Shown piece after piece: positions 17,653 to 25,877 of a DNA stretch of 64,000 nucleotides. The stretch is taken from contig CAAFZT010000054.1 in assembly GCA_900767605.1 (NCBI GenBank), positions 35-64,034 on the forward strand. The letters run 5' to 3'. The notes under the pieces are model-generated. The model had not been told where the DNA came from. It made no database searches and saw nothing but the letters and a program-made list of their open reading frames with translations. This DNA comes from Bacilli bacterium (GTDB lineage Bacteria; Bacillota_I; Bacilli_A; RFN20; CAG-826). Every line of letters starts with the position of its first letter. The stretch's first letter is position 1. Both the position numbers and the translations under genes were made by a program.

Positions 17653-18861
17653 TTAGGCTAAAGCGCGATTGAAAATGGATTCGCAGCTCGTGAGATATTG
17701 ATTGGATTTCGGTTCCAGGACATAAACTTGGTCCGAATGGCCTAGAGGATCAAGGTAAACCGGGTAGCGATCCAAAAAATCGCGAAGGGTGAGGGAGGTC
17801 TTTGTCGTTTCACCCCCATAATAATATTCCCCGGCATCCGCTTCTTTTTCAAAGCGGGAGCATACCTCTTTTAAGGTAGGGCTATAGCCAATTGCCCTCG
17901 CGTTTTGATAGGCGTTATCCGGATCCATCATGAAATCGATAAACGCATTGGCTAGTTTACTATTACGAGAGGTAGAAGGAATCACCATAGAATCGAAGAA
18001 GGCCGCGGTGAAGTCGGGGACAAAGACGTTGAAATGCACTTCTGAGCCTTCTTCTAATAATAGATATAACGCGTCGAAGAAATCCCCAAGTTGGGAGAAG
18101 CAGGCATCGATGGAACCGTTCGCGCAGTCTCGTTTCAATTGATCGTTGCCAAATTCATAGAATCCAGCATTTTTAATTTGGTTCACGAGTTGATCTTGAA
18201 GTTCTCCGGATAGGTCGTTCCCGTCCGTGTTGCCACTTAAATCCGTGATATTGGGATTCAAACGGTCCGCCATTAAAGCGCTCGCAACCACCCATCTGGC
18301 CGTATCGTACATGCCAATTTTTGGCTTGGAGGAATAGAGGCTGGAATTGTATAAGGAAGAGATGCCATTTTTTTGAATGACTTGGCCGACTTCCGGGTTG
18401 TTATCCGAATAGAAAATCGAATAGGCCCCATAAAAATAAGGCATGTAATAGGAGGCGTATCCCTCCTTTTTGGAATCCACCATATATTTGGAAGTTAGGG
18501 AGTGAAGCGGGTCCACGAACATCGTTTGATAAGCGGATAAATGGGGGTAATCGGGGTTCGTGACATCCAGTTCTTTAAGGCGCCCTTCTTTATAAAGGGT
18601 TTGAACCGTGTAATCCCCGGGGATCGCCACGTCATATGGGGTCGTCCCTGAAGTGATTTTTTGATACATGGCTTCGCTGGAAGTAACGGTTTCTAAAATC
18701 GCTTGGCAGTTCTTCTCTCGCTCAAAACGCTGGACGAGGCTCATGTCGATGTATTCACCCCAGTTTAGGAAATAAAGGATATTCGAAGGCGAGGCGAGGA
18801 CTAAAACGGCAAAGACGGTAAATAAGGACAAGCCCATAAGGCCGATGATGATCTTTTTCAT
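17653..18861 (-). CDS. potD: spermidine/putrescine ABC transporter substrate-binding protein (membrane-anchored)
   Basis: 402 aa. N-terminal TM anchor, LYFLNWGEYID block typical of PotD/PotF. 4-nt overlap with potC. Confidence 0.85.
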   Translation of the reverse strand: MKKIIIGLMGLSLFTVFAVLVLASPSNILYFLNWGEYIDMSLVQRFEREKNCQAILETVTSSEAMYQKITSGTTPYDVAIPGDYTVQTLYKEGRLKELDVTNPDYPHLSAYQTMFVDPLHSLTSKYMVDSKKEGYASYYMPYFYGAYSIFYSDNNPEVGQVIQKNGISSLYNSSLYSSKPKIGMYDTARWVVASALMADRLNPNITDLSGNTDGNDLSGELQDQLVNQIKNAGFYEFGNDQLKRDCANGSIDACFSQLGDFFDALYLLLEEGSEVHFNVFVPDFTAAFFDSMVIPSTSRNSKLANAFIDFMMDPDNAYQNARAIGYSPTLKEVCSRFEKEADAGEYYYGGETTKTSLTLRDFLDRYPVYLDPLGHSDQVYVLEPKSNQYLTSCESIFNRALA

Positions 18862-19694
18862 TCTTTCTCCCCTTTCTTTTTCGACGATTCATAAAGGGAA
18901 CAGGCAAGAACGATACCCAAGGTAACAAACGTCAACAAGGCGTTAAAGGCATAGCTCCCCGCGGAGAAATTCTTTTTGGTGTAGGAGCTATAAACGTAGT
19001 TGGAGAAATTGGAGAAGCCATTTCCTTGGGTGTAGAAGGAAATGACAAAGTCATCGATCGACAAGGTAAAAGCAATGAGGGCCCCTGTTAAAATCGCCGT
19101 GGATAAAGACGGAATGACAACTTTGAAGAGGGATTTTGTCGGGCTGCAGCCTAAATCCTGAGCTGCTTCAAAAACCGCTTCATCCGTTTGCTCTAATTTT
19201 GGTAAAACCATCAAAATGACATAGGGAATCATGAAGAAAACGTGGGCCAAGGTCATGGAGGCGAAACCAAAAATATGAGGGAAAATCGGCTTAACCAAAG
19301 AGCAGACAAGCATGATGGAAATACCCGTGACAATTTCGGAGTTGAGCATTGGAATCTCGTTTAAGAAATCCATCGTTTTGCGGGCTTTCTTTTCCAGGGC
19401 ATGGATGCCGATCGAGGCGAATAGACCGCCAATCGTTGCTAAAACCGTTGCCCAGAAAGAAACCAGAAGCGAATCCAAAATCGAAGTATATAGTTGTCGA
19501 TTCGTGAAAATTTCCGCGTAATTTTTCCAGGTAAACCCGCCCCAAGATAAAGGAGAAATGGAATTAGCCCCGGCGTTGAAAGATTGATACACAATCAAAA
19601 CAACGGGGACGTACATGGAAGAAAGCACCAAAACGACGAAGGCGGCCTTGAAAACGGAAAGCAAAACCTGCTTCCAACTCGATTTTTCTAGCAT
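18858..19694 (-). CDS. potC: spermidine/putrescine ABC transporter permease
   Basis: 278 aa. Six-TM BPD_transp_1 permease with an EAAQDLGCSPTKSLFKVVIP EAA loop. Confidence 0.9.
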   Translation of the reverse strand: MLEKSSWKQVLLSVFKAAFVVLVLSSMYVPVVLIVYQSFNAGANSISPLSWGGFTWKNYAEIFTNRQLYTSILDSLLVSFWATVLATIGGLFASIGIHALEKKARKTMDFLNEIPMLNSEIVTGISIMLVCSLVKPIFPHIFGFASMTLAHVFFMIPYVILMVLPKLEQTDEAVFEAAQDLGCSPTKSLFKVVIPSLSTAILTGALIAFTLSIDDFVISFYTQGNGFSNFSNYVYSSYTKKNFSAGSYAFNALLTFVTLGIVLACSLYESSKKKGEKE

Positions 19695-20488
19695 GCGACC
19701 CTCCTCTTCCGGCTTTGGATTTTCGTCAAAACGAATACCAAGGCCAAAATCACGACGGAAACGAACAAGGAAAGCAAGGAGCCGAAGCTGTAATTGTTCT
19801 TCTCAAAGACGCTTTGAATGAGGTTGCCTACTAGTCTAACCCTTCCTTGCCCAATCGTTTGGGAAATGGCAAATCCCGTCGCGGCAGGGAGGAAAACCAT
19901 TAAGACTCCGCTGGAAACGCCTTCCATCGATAAGGGAAGTGTCACCTTGAAGAACGTCTTAAAGGCATTTACGCCCAAATCACGAGATGCCTCCAGACAG
20001 CTGCGGTCCAGCTTCTCCAAAATCGTGTAGATGGGAAAAATCATAAAGGGGAGATAAGTCGTCACCGTGACGGCAATAACTGCCCCCGTAGAACCCAATA
20101 GATTCATCGCTGCAAACACATCCGTGGAGAACAAACGAAGCCAGCTGACGATGCGGAGCATGGAATTGCTCCACATGGGAAGAATCATGAGTAGCAGCAC
20201 GAGCTTCTTGTTCTTTAGTTTAGAAAACGAAAGGAAATAAGCGGTGGGATAGCCAAGCAATAAGCAAATGGCAACCGTCGACACGGCAACCACCAAGGAA
20301 TTCCATAATGCCTTTAAAATGGAAGGATCGGCTAAGCGGAAATAGGAATCGAAAGAAAAACTTGCCGTAGAAAAATCCATCGCGTTGATTTGTAAAAACG
20401 TCAAAATCAACATGACGAATAGAGGGACCACGACAAAAAGGACCAGCCAAACAAAATAGGGAATCGCGTACCCTTTGAATCGTTTCAT
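19688..20488 (-). CDS. potB: spermidine/putrescine ABC transporter permease
   Basis: 266 aa. EAA loop EASRDLGVNAFKTFFKVTLP. Overlaps both potA and potC. Confidence 0.9.
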   Translation of the reverse strand: MKRFKGYAIPYFVWLVLFVVVPLFVMLILTFLQINAMDFSTASFSFDSYFRLADPSILKALWNSLVVAVSTVAICLLLGYPTAYFLSFSKLKNKKLVLLLMILPMWSNSMLRIVSWLRLFSTDVFAAMNLLGSTGAVIAVTVTTYLPFMIFPIYTILEKLDRSCLEASRDLGVNAFKTFFKVTLPLSMEGVSSGVLMVFLPAATGFAISQTIGQGRVRLVGNLIQSVFEKNNYSFGSLLSLFVSVVILALVFVLTKIQSRKRRVAC

Positions 20489-22338
20489 TGGGCTGCTTCC
20501 TCCTCTTTCCGGGCTTTCTCGCGAAGAAGACGGATTTCCCGGGGTTGTTCTTCGTCTTCCACCTTCATCAAGTGGATTTCATAGAAGTCGATTTTGAGTC
20601 CAATTTCCTGGCCAATTTCGGCATTTTGATAATCCGTCACCATCAACGTGGTTCCTTCACATTGGATCCAAAGGTTGAAAGAGACTCCCGTAAAGGCGGT
20701 TTTGACCACCGTTCCGTGGAGAATCGCGCTTTCGGGATTCTCAAAAACCAAGTCAAAGTCCTCGGGACGGATGACCGCATCGACGACTTCTCCTGGGACA
20801 AAGTTCATGATGTAGGTGGAGAAATTTTGGCCGAGGAAAGAAACCCGGCGATTTCCAAGATAGGTCCCTTCCATGATGTTCGCCCCTTCGTAGTTGGCCA
20901 AAAGCTTGGCTTTGTTTTCGTGGATGGATTCGCAATAGATGTTTCCCGGGGCGACGGTTAAGGGGATTTCTTGCCCCACTTGGTATTTTTCGTCAGATTC
21001 GACATGAATACGAGAAGATTCAATATCCACGTCTAATTCATATTTGTTATCGGCGAAGTGGACTCCGCTTACCTTGCCAATCCATTTGGCGATTTCAGGG
21101 GAGCAGACGTCGAAGTCTTCTTTTTCAACCACCACATACATGGGGTCTCCCACGCGGAAATCATCCGCGGAAACCTTAAAGGTTTTCCCCAAAATATCTA
21201 GGCGACGGGGAGCGCTATAAACGCCACGAAGCAAATTGGCTTCTCCAATAAAGGTGGCGACAAAACGATTCACCGGGGCATTGTAAATGTCTTCGGGGCG
21301 ACCCATCTGTTGGATTTTGCCCCCGTTCATGACCACCACCGTATCCGACATGACCATCGCTTCTTCTTGGTCGTGGGTGACAAAAATAAAGGTGATGCCC
21401 AACTTCCTTTGCATTTCGCGAAGTTCTAGACGCATCGCTTTGCGGAGTTTTAAATCCAAGGCGGACAAGGGTTCGTCCAAAAGCAAAATACGGGGTTTGT
21501 TCACGATGGCTCTAGCAATAGCAACACGCTGCATCTGACCACCGGAGAGGGAGGAGATGCTGCGATTTTCATATCCTTCGAGGTTGACGAATTTCAAAGC
21601 TTTTAAAACTTCCCCATGGATTACATTCTCTTTGAAGTGACGGTCCTTAAGACGGGAAATCATATCAAAATAGGGATCCGTGGATTCCACTTGTTTCAAA
21701 ATGATGTCCAAAGCCAAATTCGCTTTGGAAGAAGAATCGATTTGATAATGGTTATCCAAGGACAAGCCTTTTAAAATCTCATCCACGTCCTTGCTGATTT
21801 CCCCATACGTCTTGGGTTTTTTCGTTTTCTTTAAGAAAGCAAAAGCTTCGCTCAGTTTATAAGAGGGAGAAGCCTCTTGGAAATGAGTCACGACATAACG
21901 CAAAACGTCTTTGGGCTTTTCGATGTGGGAGAGGATTTTCATGAGGCCATCCACCTCTTCTTCCTCAAAACCCTTCTCGTTCATCATATTCATGGTTCCG
22001 ATGTCATAAACATTGGAATAGACGTTGTTGCGGAGTCCGAACGCGATGTTATCGAAAATGGAAAGATGAGGGAAAAGGGAATAACGTTGGAAGACCGTGT
22101 TGATCGGACGTTTATGCGCGGGCAAGTCTTGAATTTCCACTCCATCTAAAAGGAGTTGCCCTTCCTGCATGGTTTCAAATCCTCCGATGATGCGGAGAAT
22201 CGTGGTCTTCCCGCATCCGGACGGGCCTAAAAAGGTCACGAATTCATTCTCGTTTACCGAGAGGTTGTAATGATCCAAGATGACATTATCGCCATAGGAT
22301 TTTTTGATGTTTCTGAGTTCGAGGATTTTATGTGCCAT
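20485..22338 (-). CDS. potA: spermidine/putrescine ABC transporter ATPase, extended form (617 aa)
   Basis: Walker A GPSGCGKTT, Q-loop FQRYSLFPH, signature LSGGQMQRV, Walker B ILLLDEPLSALD, H-loop FVTHDQ. About 120-aa insertion between the Q-loop region and the signature, and two tandem C-terminal OB/TOBE-like repeats. Confidence 0.92.
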   Translation of the reverse strand: MAHKILELRNIKKSYGDNVILDHYNLSVNENEFVTFLGPSGCGKTTILRIIGGFETMQEGQLLLDGVEIQDLPAHKRPINTVFQRYSLFPHLSIFDNIAFGLRNNVYSNVYDIGTMNMMNEKGFEEEEVDGLMKILSHIEKPKDVLRYVVTHFQEASPSYKLSEAFAFLKKTKKPKTYGEISKDVDEILKGLSLDNHYQIDSSSKANLALDIILKQVESTDPYFDMISRLKDRHFKENVIHGEVLKALKFVNLEGYENRSISSLSGGQMQRVAIARAIVNKPRILLLDEPLSALDLKLRKAMRLELREMQRKLGITFIFVTHDQEEAMVMSDTVVVMNGGKIQQMGRPEDIYNAPVNRFVATFIGEANLLRGVYSAPRRLDILGKTFKVSADDFRVGDPMYVVVEKEDFDVCSPEIAKWIGKVSGVHFADNKYELDVDIESSRIHVESDEKYQVGQEIPLTVAPGNIYCESIHENKAKLLANYEGANIMEGTYLGNRRVSFLGQNFSTYIMNFVPGEVVDAVIRPEDFDLVFENPESAILHGTVVKTAFTGVSFNLWIQCEGTTLMVTDYQNAEIGQEIGLKIDFYEIHLMKVEDEEQPREIRLLREKARKEEEAAQ

Positions 22339-22351
22339 ATTGGGTTCCTTG

Positions 22352-22393
22352 CTAGAAAAAAGGGAAAAGAAAAGTCCTAGAGTAAACTAGGAC
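22352..22393 (-). terminator. intrinsic terminator inside the potA leader (attenuator candidate)
   Basis: Minus strand GTCCTAG-tttact-CTAGGAC (22374-22393) followed by TTTTCTTTTCCCTTTTTT. The hairpin base is 35 nt and the T-rich tract about 14 nt upstream of the potA ATG, leaving no room for a promoter in between. Confidence 0.6.
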
Positions 22394-22631
22394 GGGTAAC
22401 GTTAATGGAATACACTCTCCCCATTGTGATGCCCCGAAGGCGGAACGAGTGCAAGAACGAACTTCTTCTTTTTCACGGGCACTATCATAATACGTTCTTA
22501 CCAAGATAAAAGAAAAATTTTTAGTTTGTTTTTTCTTTCAATTTTTAAATGGTCCAAAACCTAAGTTTTTTCGCAAATGTCATACCATTTTCGCGAATGA
22601 AAAAATCTAAACCTTAGACAACCAAAAGGGT

Positions 22632-23354
22632 CTAGAGCGACTTCGTCTCTGCGTTTTCTTTTTTTGGTGTCTTTTTTTCTAAATGCAACGGCTTATGAAG
22701 GAAATGGTAAAGAACGAAGGTCAAAACCGTTATTACGGCGTCTTTTAAAAGGTTGAAAGGCAAAACGGCAATGAGACCATAACTCCATTTCACATCACTA
22801 ATCATCGGCATCGCATTCTGCATCACTGCTAGCAGCGACGCTTCTTCCATTCCCATCATGAAAACATAGAAAGGAATCAGGATATAAACGTTAAATAACA
22901 TGGCGCTCAAAACTTGGATGACCGTGGCGACACTCATGCCAGCAATCGCGCCTTTTAACGTTCGGAACCGCTTATAAATCCAGGTCGCAGGAAGACAATA
23001 AAGGGAGCTAAGCAATAAATCTCCGAATTCCCCGACGCACATCGTATTGGTTAACGGCAATTTGATGATTGTTTTGACAAATAAGACCAAGAAGCCCGAT
23101 AAAGGCCCATAGGCAAAGCCGCAAATAAACGCGGGCAATTCATCCAAGTGGATCTTCAAAAACGATGGGAAAAAAGGCAAAGGGATGTTGAAGATGGGCA
23201 CGCAATACAAAATCGTGGACAACGCCCCGAAAATCCCAACGCGGGCCACCAGCCTCGTCCCATTGTAATCGGGACGTTTTTTGGCCAAAACCATAGCCAC
23301 GATAATGCCGATAAGCAAAGCGGCACTGAGCAGCCCTACAGCTAACCATTTCAT
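22632..23354 (-). CDS. ribU: ECF-transporter S component, riboflavin-specific by riboswitch context
   Basis: 240 aa, 6 TM. An FMN riboswitch lies immediately upstream. Confidence 0.8.
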   Translation of the reverse strand: MKWLAVGLLSAALLIGIIVAMVLAKKRPDYNGTRLVARVGIFGALSTILYCVPIFNIPLPFFPSFLKIHLDELPAFICGFAYGPLSGFLVLFVKTIIKLPLTNTMCVGEFGDLLLSSLYCLPATWIYKRFRTLKGAIAGMSVATVIQVLSAMLFNVYILIPFYVFMMGMEEASLLAVMQNAMPMISDVKWSYGLIAVLPFNLLKDAVITVLTFVLYHFLHKPLHLEKKTPKKENAETKSL

Positions 23355-23361
23355 AGAAAAA

Positions 23362-23510
23362 GCCTCCTAAGCATACGCTCCAGAGGCAAAACATCGTTCT
23401 GCGCTTTCTTCCATCCGGACTGTACCGTTGGCTTTGGAATTTCACCAAATCGTGCCTTTCGGCTCGCGGGCTTTACCGCCAGTCGACGTAATTCTCGTCG
23501 CCCTGAAGCT
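23362..23510 (-). promoter_or_regulatory. FMN riboswitch (RFN element) with an SD-sequestering expression platform
   Basis: Minus strand contains GGCGGTAAAGCCCGCGAGC ... GATTTGGTGAAATTCCAAAGCCAACGGTACAGTCCGGATGGAAGAA, matching the conserved RFN core. GCCTCT (23382-23387) can pair with AGGAGGC, the ribU SD (23362-23368). Confidence 0.88.
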
Positions 23511-23515
23511 TCTTC

Positions 23516-23544
23516 ATCATACTACGCCCTTTCTAACGCTTCAA
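23516..23544 (-). promoter_or_regulatory. candidate sigmaA promoter for the riboswitch-ribU unit
   Basis: Minus strand TTGAAG (23539-23544, overlapping the parB stop), 17 nt, TATGAT (23516-23521). Confidence 0.5.
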
Positions 23545-24383
23545 TTCTTAGAATGGGCTTTGGTTTGAAAGGGGATCCCTGCCTTCTTCAAGAAACTTTT
23601 CATCTCTTCTTTGGAAGAGAAGGTGAGGCTAACCGTATTCCCTTTTTTATAAGAAATAGAGGGGACGTGTAGGGGTTTATTCTCTTTTCCCTGTAATTTT
23701 TTGCAGTATTCCTCTGCCTTACGAACCGACCAATGATTCTCTTGGATTGCCTTAGCCGCCTCATCGATAAGAGGGGTAGGAAGAGAAACTAAAGCACGGG
23801 CTTGGCCATAACTAAGCTTTCCTAAAGCCACATCATAACGAACCGAGGCAGGGAGTTTTAATAAACGCATCGTATTGGTGATTTGGCAACGGCTTTGGTG
23901 GGATAAATTAGCAAGGGTCTGCTGACGATACCCAAATTTCTCGCTTAAAGCATGGCAAAGCAAGGCCATCTCTAAAATATTCGTTTCCCGTTGGTCACGG
24001 GCATCCGCAAGAAGCATCAATAACGTCTCTTCGTCCCCGCAGTCTACAATCGCGCAGGGAAGGGACAAAATCCCCGCCGCTTTGGCGCCAAAGAAACGTT
24101 TTCTTCCTAGGATCACTTCATATCGCCCTTCTCCTTTTTTGCGGACGACCAGAGGGTTATAAAAGCCTTTGGATTTCAAGCCTTCGGCAAAATAACGAAT
24201 CGTTTTTTCCGGAAGAGGGACTTCCTGGATGAAGGAAGTATCGTCGATAAGTAAGGTGGAAATGAGTTTAGCCGGTGCACTTTGATATTCCTTTTCCATC
24301 TCGGCGATAACGTCGCTTTGAGAAAATTTCTCAATCAAAGAGGAAAGCGAATCCGATAGCAGTTTGGGCTTATCGCGTTTCAT
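23541..24383 (-). CDS. parB: ParB/Spo0J-family partition protein (divergent CTP-binding motif)
   Basis: ORF track 23541..24512 (TTG). The ATG at 24383 gives MKRDKPKLL and overlaps parA by 14 nt. ParB N-domain and HTH (QQTLANLSHQSRCQITNTMRLLKL). GRKRFFGAKAAG in place of GERRxRAAKLAG. Confidence 0.85.
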   Translation of the reverse strand: MKRDKPKLLSDSLSSLIEKFSQSDVIAEMEKEYQSAPAKLISTLLIDDTSFIQEVPLPEKTIRYFAEGLKSKGFYNPLVVRKKGEGRYEVILGRKRFFGAKAAGILSLPCAIVDCGDEETLLMLLADARDQRETNILEMALLCHALSEKFGYRQQTLANLSHQSRCQITNTMRLLKLPASVRYDVALGKLSYGQARALVSLPTPLIDEAAKAIQENHWSVRKAEEYCKKLQGKENKPLHVPSISYKKGNTVSLTFSSKEEMKSFLKKAGIPFQTKAHSKN

Positions 24384-25143
24384 GGTCCAAAATCTCCTTG
24401 GCCAAGGAGAAATAGGCGTAACTCCCTTGGGAAGTCGGGCGGAAGATAGTGACGGGCTGCTGACGGGCTTGCGATTCCGAAATGCTTTGGTTCCGGGGAA
24501 CGGAGGTGGCAAAGGTATTTTCTTTGAATAACCGTCTCACCTCTTGTTGGATTTCGGTCCCTAATTGGGTCCTCGCGTCATACATCGTCAGGAGGAAACC
24601 CTCGATTTTTAATCGGGGGTTCAACGTATTTTGGACGTTAGAAATGGAAGAAAGGATCGCGGCGACCGCCTCCATGGCAAAATATTCGCATTGAACGGGA
24701 ATCAAAACCGAATCCGCCGCGGTTAAGGCGTTAAGGTTCAATAAACCCAAAGAAGGCGGGCAATCCAAAATCATGAAATCATAATGAGATTCGACGGTTT
24801 TAAGGCATCGAGCCAACAAATCAAAGGGCTTCTCTTGTGGATGGGTATACATCGAGGCTTCCAAAGAAGCCAAGCGAAGATTCGACGGAATCACGCTTAA
24901 GCCTTCAAAGGGAGTTTTTTGGATGCAACTTTCCATTTCCATTTGGCCCGTCAAAGCTTCGTAAATCGTTTCTTTTGCCAAAGTAATATCGATGCCAAGG
25001 CCGCGCCCGGCGTTGCCCTGAGGGTCCATATCCACCAAAAGAACACGCTGCCCAAAATGGGACAAGGCGCTGGAAAGGTTGATGGCTGTGGTGGTTTTGC
25101 CCACCCCGCCCTTTTGGTTGGCGATGGCGATAATCTTAGGCAT
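24370..25143 (-). CDS. parA: ParA/Soj partition ATPase
   Basis: 257 aa. Deviant Walker A ANQKGGVGKTTTA, plus DMDPQGNA and ILDCPPSLG. Confidence 0.93.
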   Translation of the reverse strand: MPKIIAIANQKGGVGKTTTAINLSSALSHFGQRVLLVDMDPQGNAGRGLGIDITLAKETIYEALTGQMEMESCIQKTPFEGLSVIPSNLRLASLEASMYTHPQEKPFDLLARCLKTVESHYDFMILDCPPSLGLLNLNALTAADSVLIPVQCEYFAMEAVAAILSSISNVQNTLNPRLKIEGFLLTMYDARTQLGTEIQQEVRRLFKENTFATSVPRNQSISESQARQQPVTIFRPTSQGSYAYFSLAKEILDHETR

Positions 25144-25178
25144 GACGAGGATATTTTACTCCTTTTTGGTGAATTCTC

Positions 25179-25877
25179 TTAGAGAGGCTTTTTTTGGATA
25201 TCCGCCCAACTACGGGGGTAGCAGGGTTTGGTTGGATGAATTTTTTCGAAGAAATAATTGATGCGCTTTTCTCCACTTGGCATCACGAGTTCTTCTTTCT
25301 TTCTTAGGTGCAGGGCGAGGCGTTGTTCGGTGCCAAGAGCTTCGTGAAGTTCTTCTTCTCCACGAGGTCCTTTCATAGCAATGACAGTTCCATTGACTTT
25401 AACTAACGGGGCGCCTACTTCGAGAAGAATGCGTGTAGCGGCAAACCCGCGAGCCGTGACGATGTCGAAGCTTTCCCGCAACGTCTTTGCCTCTTCTACC
25501 CGTCCGACATAGAAACGGACATTGTTGAGTTCTAATTCTTTTTTGAGCTCTTCTAGGAAGAGGAATTTCTTCTTGGTCGCATCCATTAAGGTGACGTGGC
25601 AAGAAGGGAAGGCAGTAGCAAAAACCATGCCTGGAAAACCTGCTCCCGACCCCATGTCCGCCACGGATTTGCCGGCAAAGGAAGTTGTGAAGGCGGGGGT
25701 CAAGGAATCGAGGAAGTGCTTTTCGATGACTTCGGACTCTTCCGTAATCGAAGTGAGATTCATCTTTTCGTTCCATTCCGCGAGTAATTCCGCGTAGCGG
25801 TGGAATTTGGCTTCGAGGTCCGGATTTAGTTCCAAACCATGCTCGGAAGCGAATGCGAATAATTCGGCGTAAGTCAT
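25179..25877 (-). CDS. rsmG: 16S rRNA (guanine527-N7)-methyltransferase
   Basis: 232 aa. GidB-family blocks (WNEKMNLTSI, DMGSGAGFPG, ARGFA). Confidence 0.92.
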   Translation of the reverse strand: MTYAELFAFASEHGLELNPDLEAKFHRYAELLAEWNEKMNLTSITEESEVIEKHFLDSLTPAFTTSFAGKSVADMGSGAGFPGMVFATAFPSCHVTLMDATKKKFLFLEELKKELELNNVRFYVGRVEEAKTLRESFDIVTARGFAATRILLEVGAPLVKVNGTVIAMKGPRGEEELHEALGTEQRLALHLRKKEELVMPSGEKRINYFFEKIHPTKPCYPRSWADIQKKPL

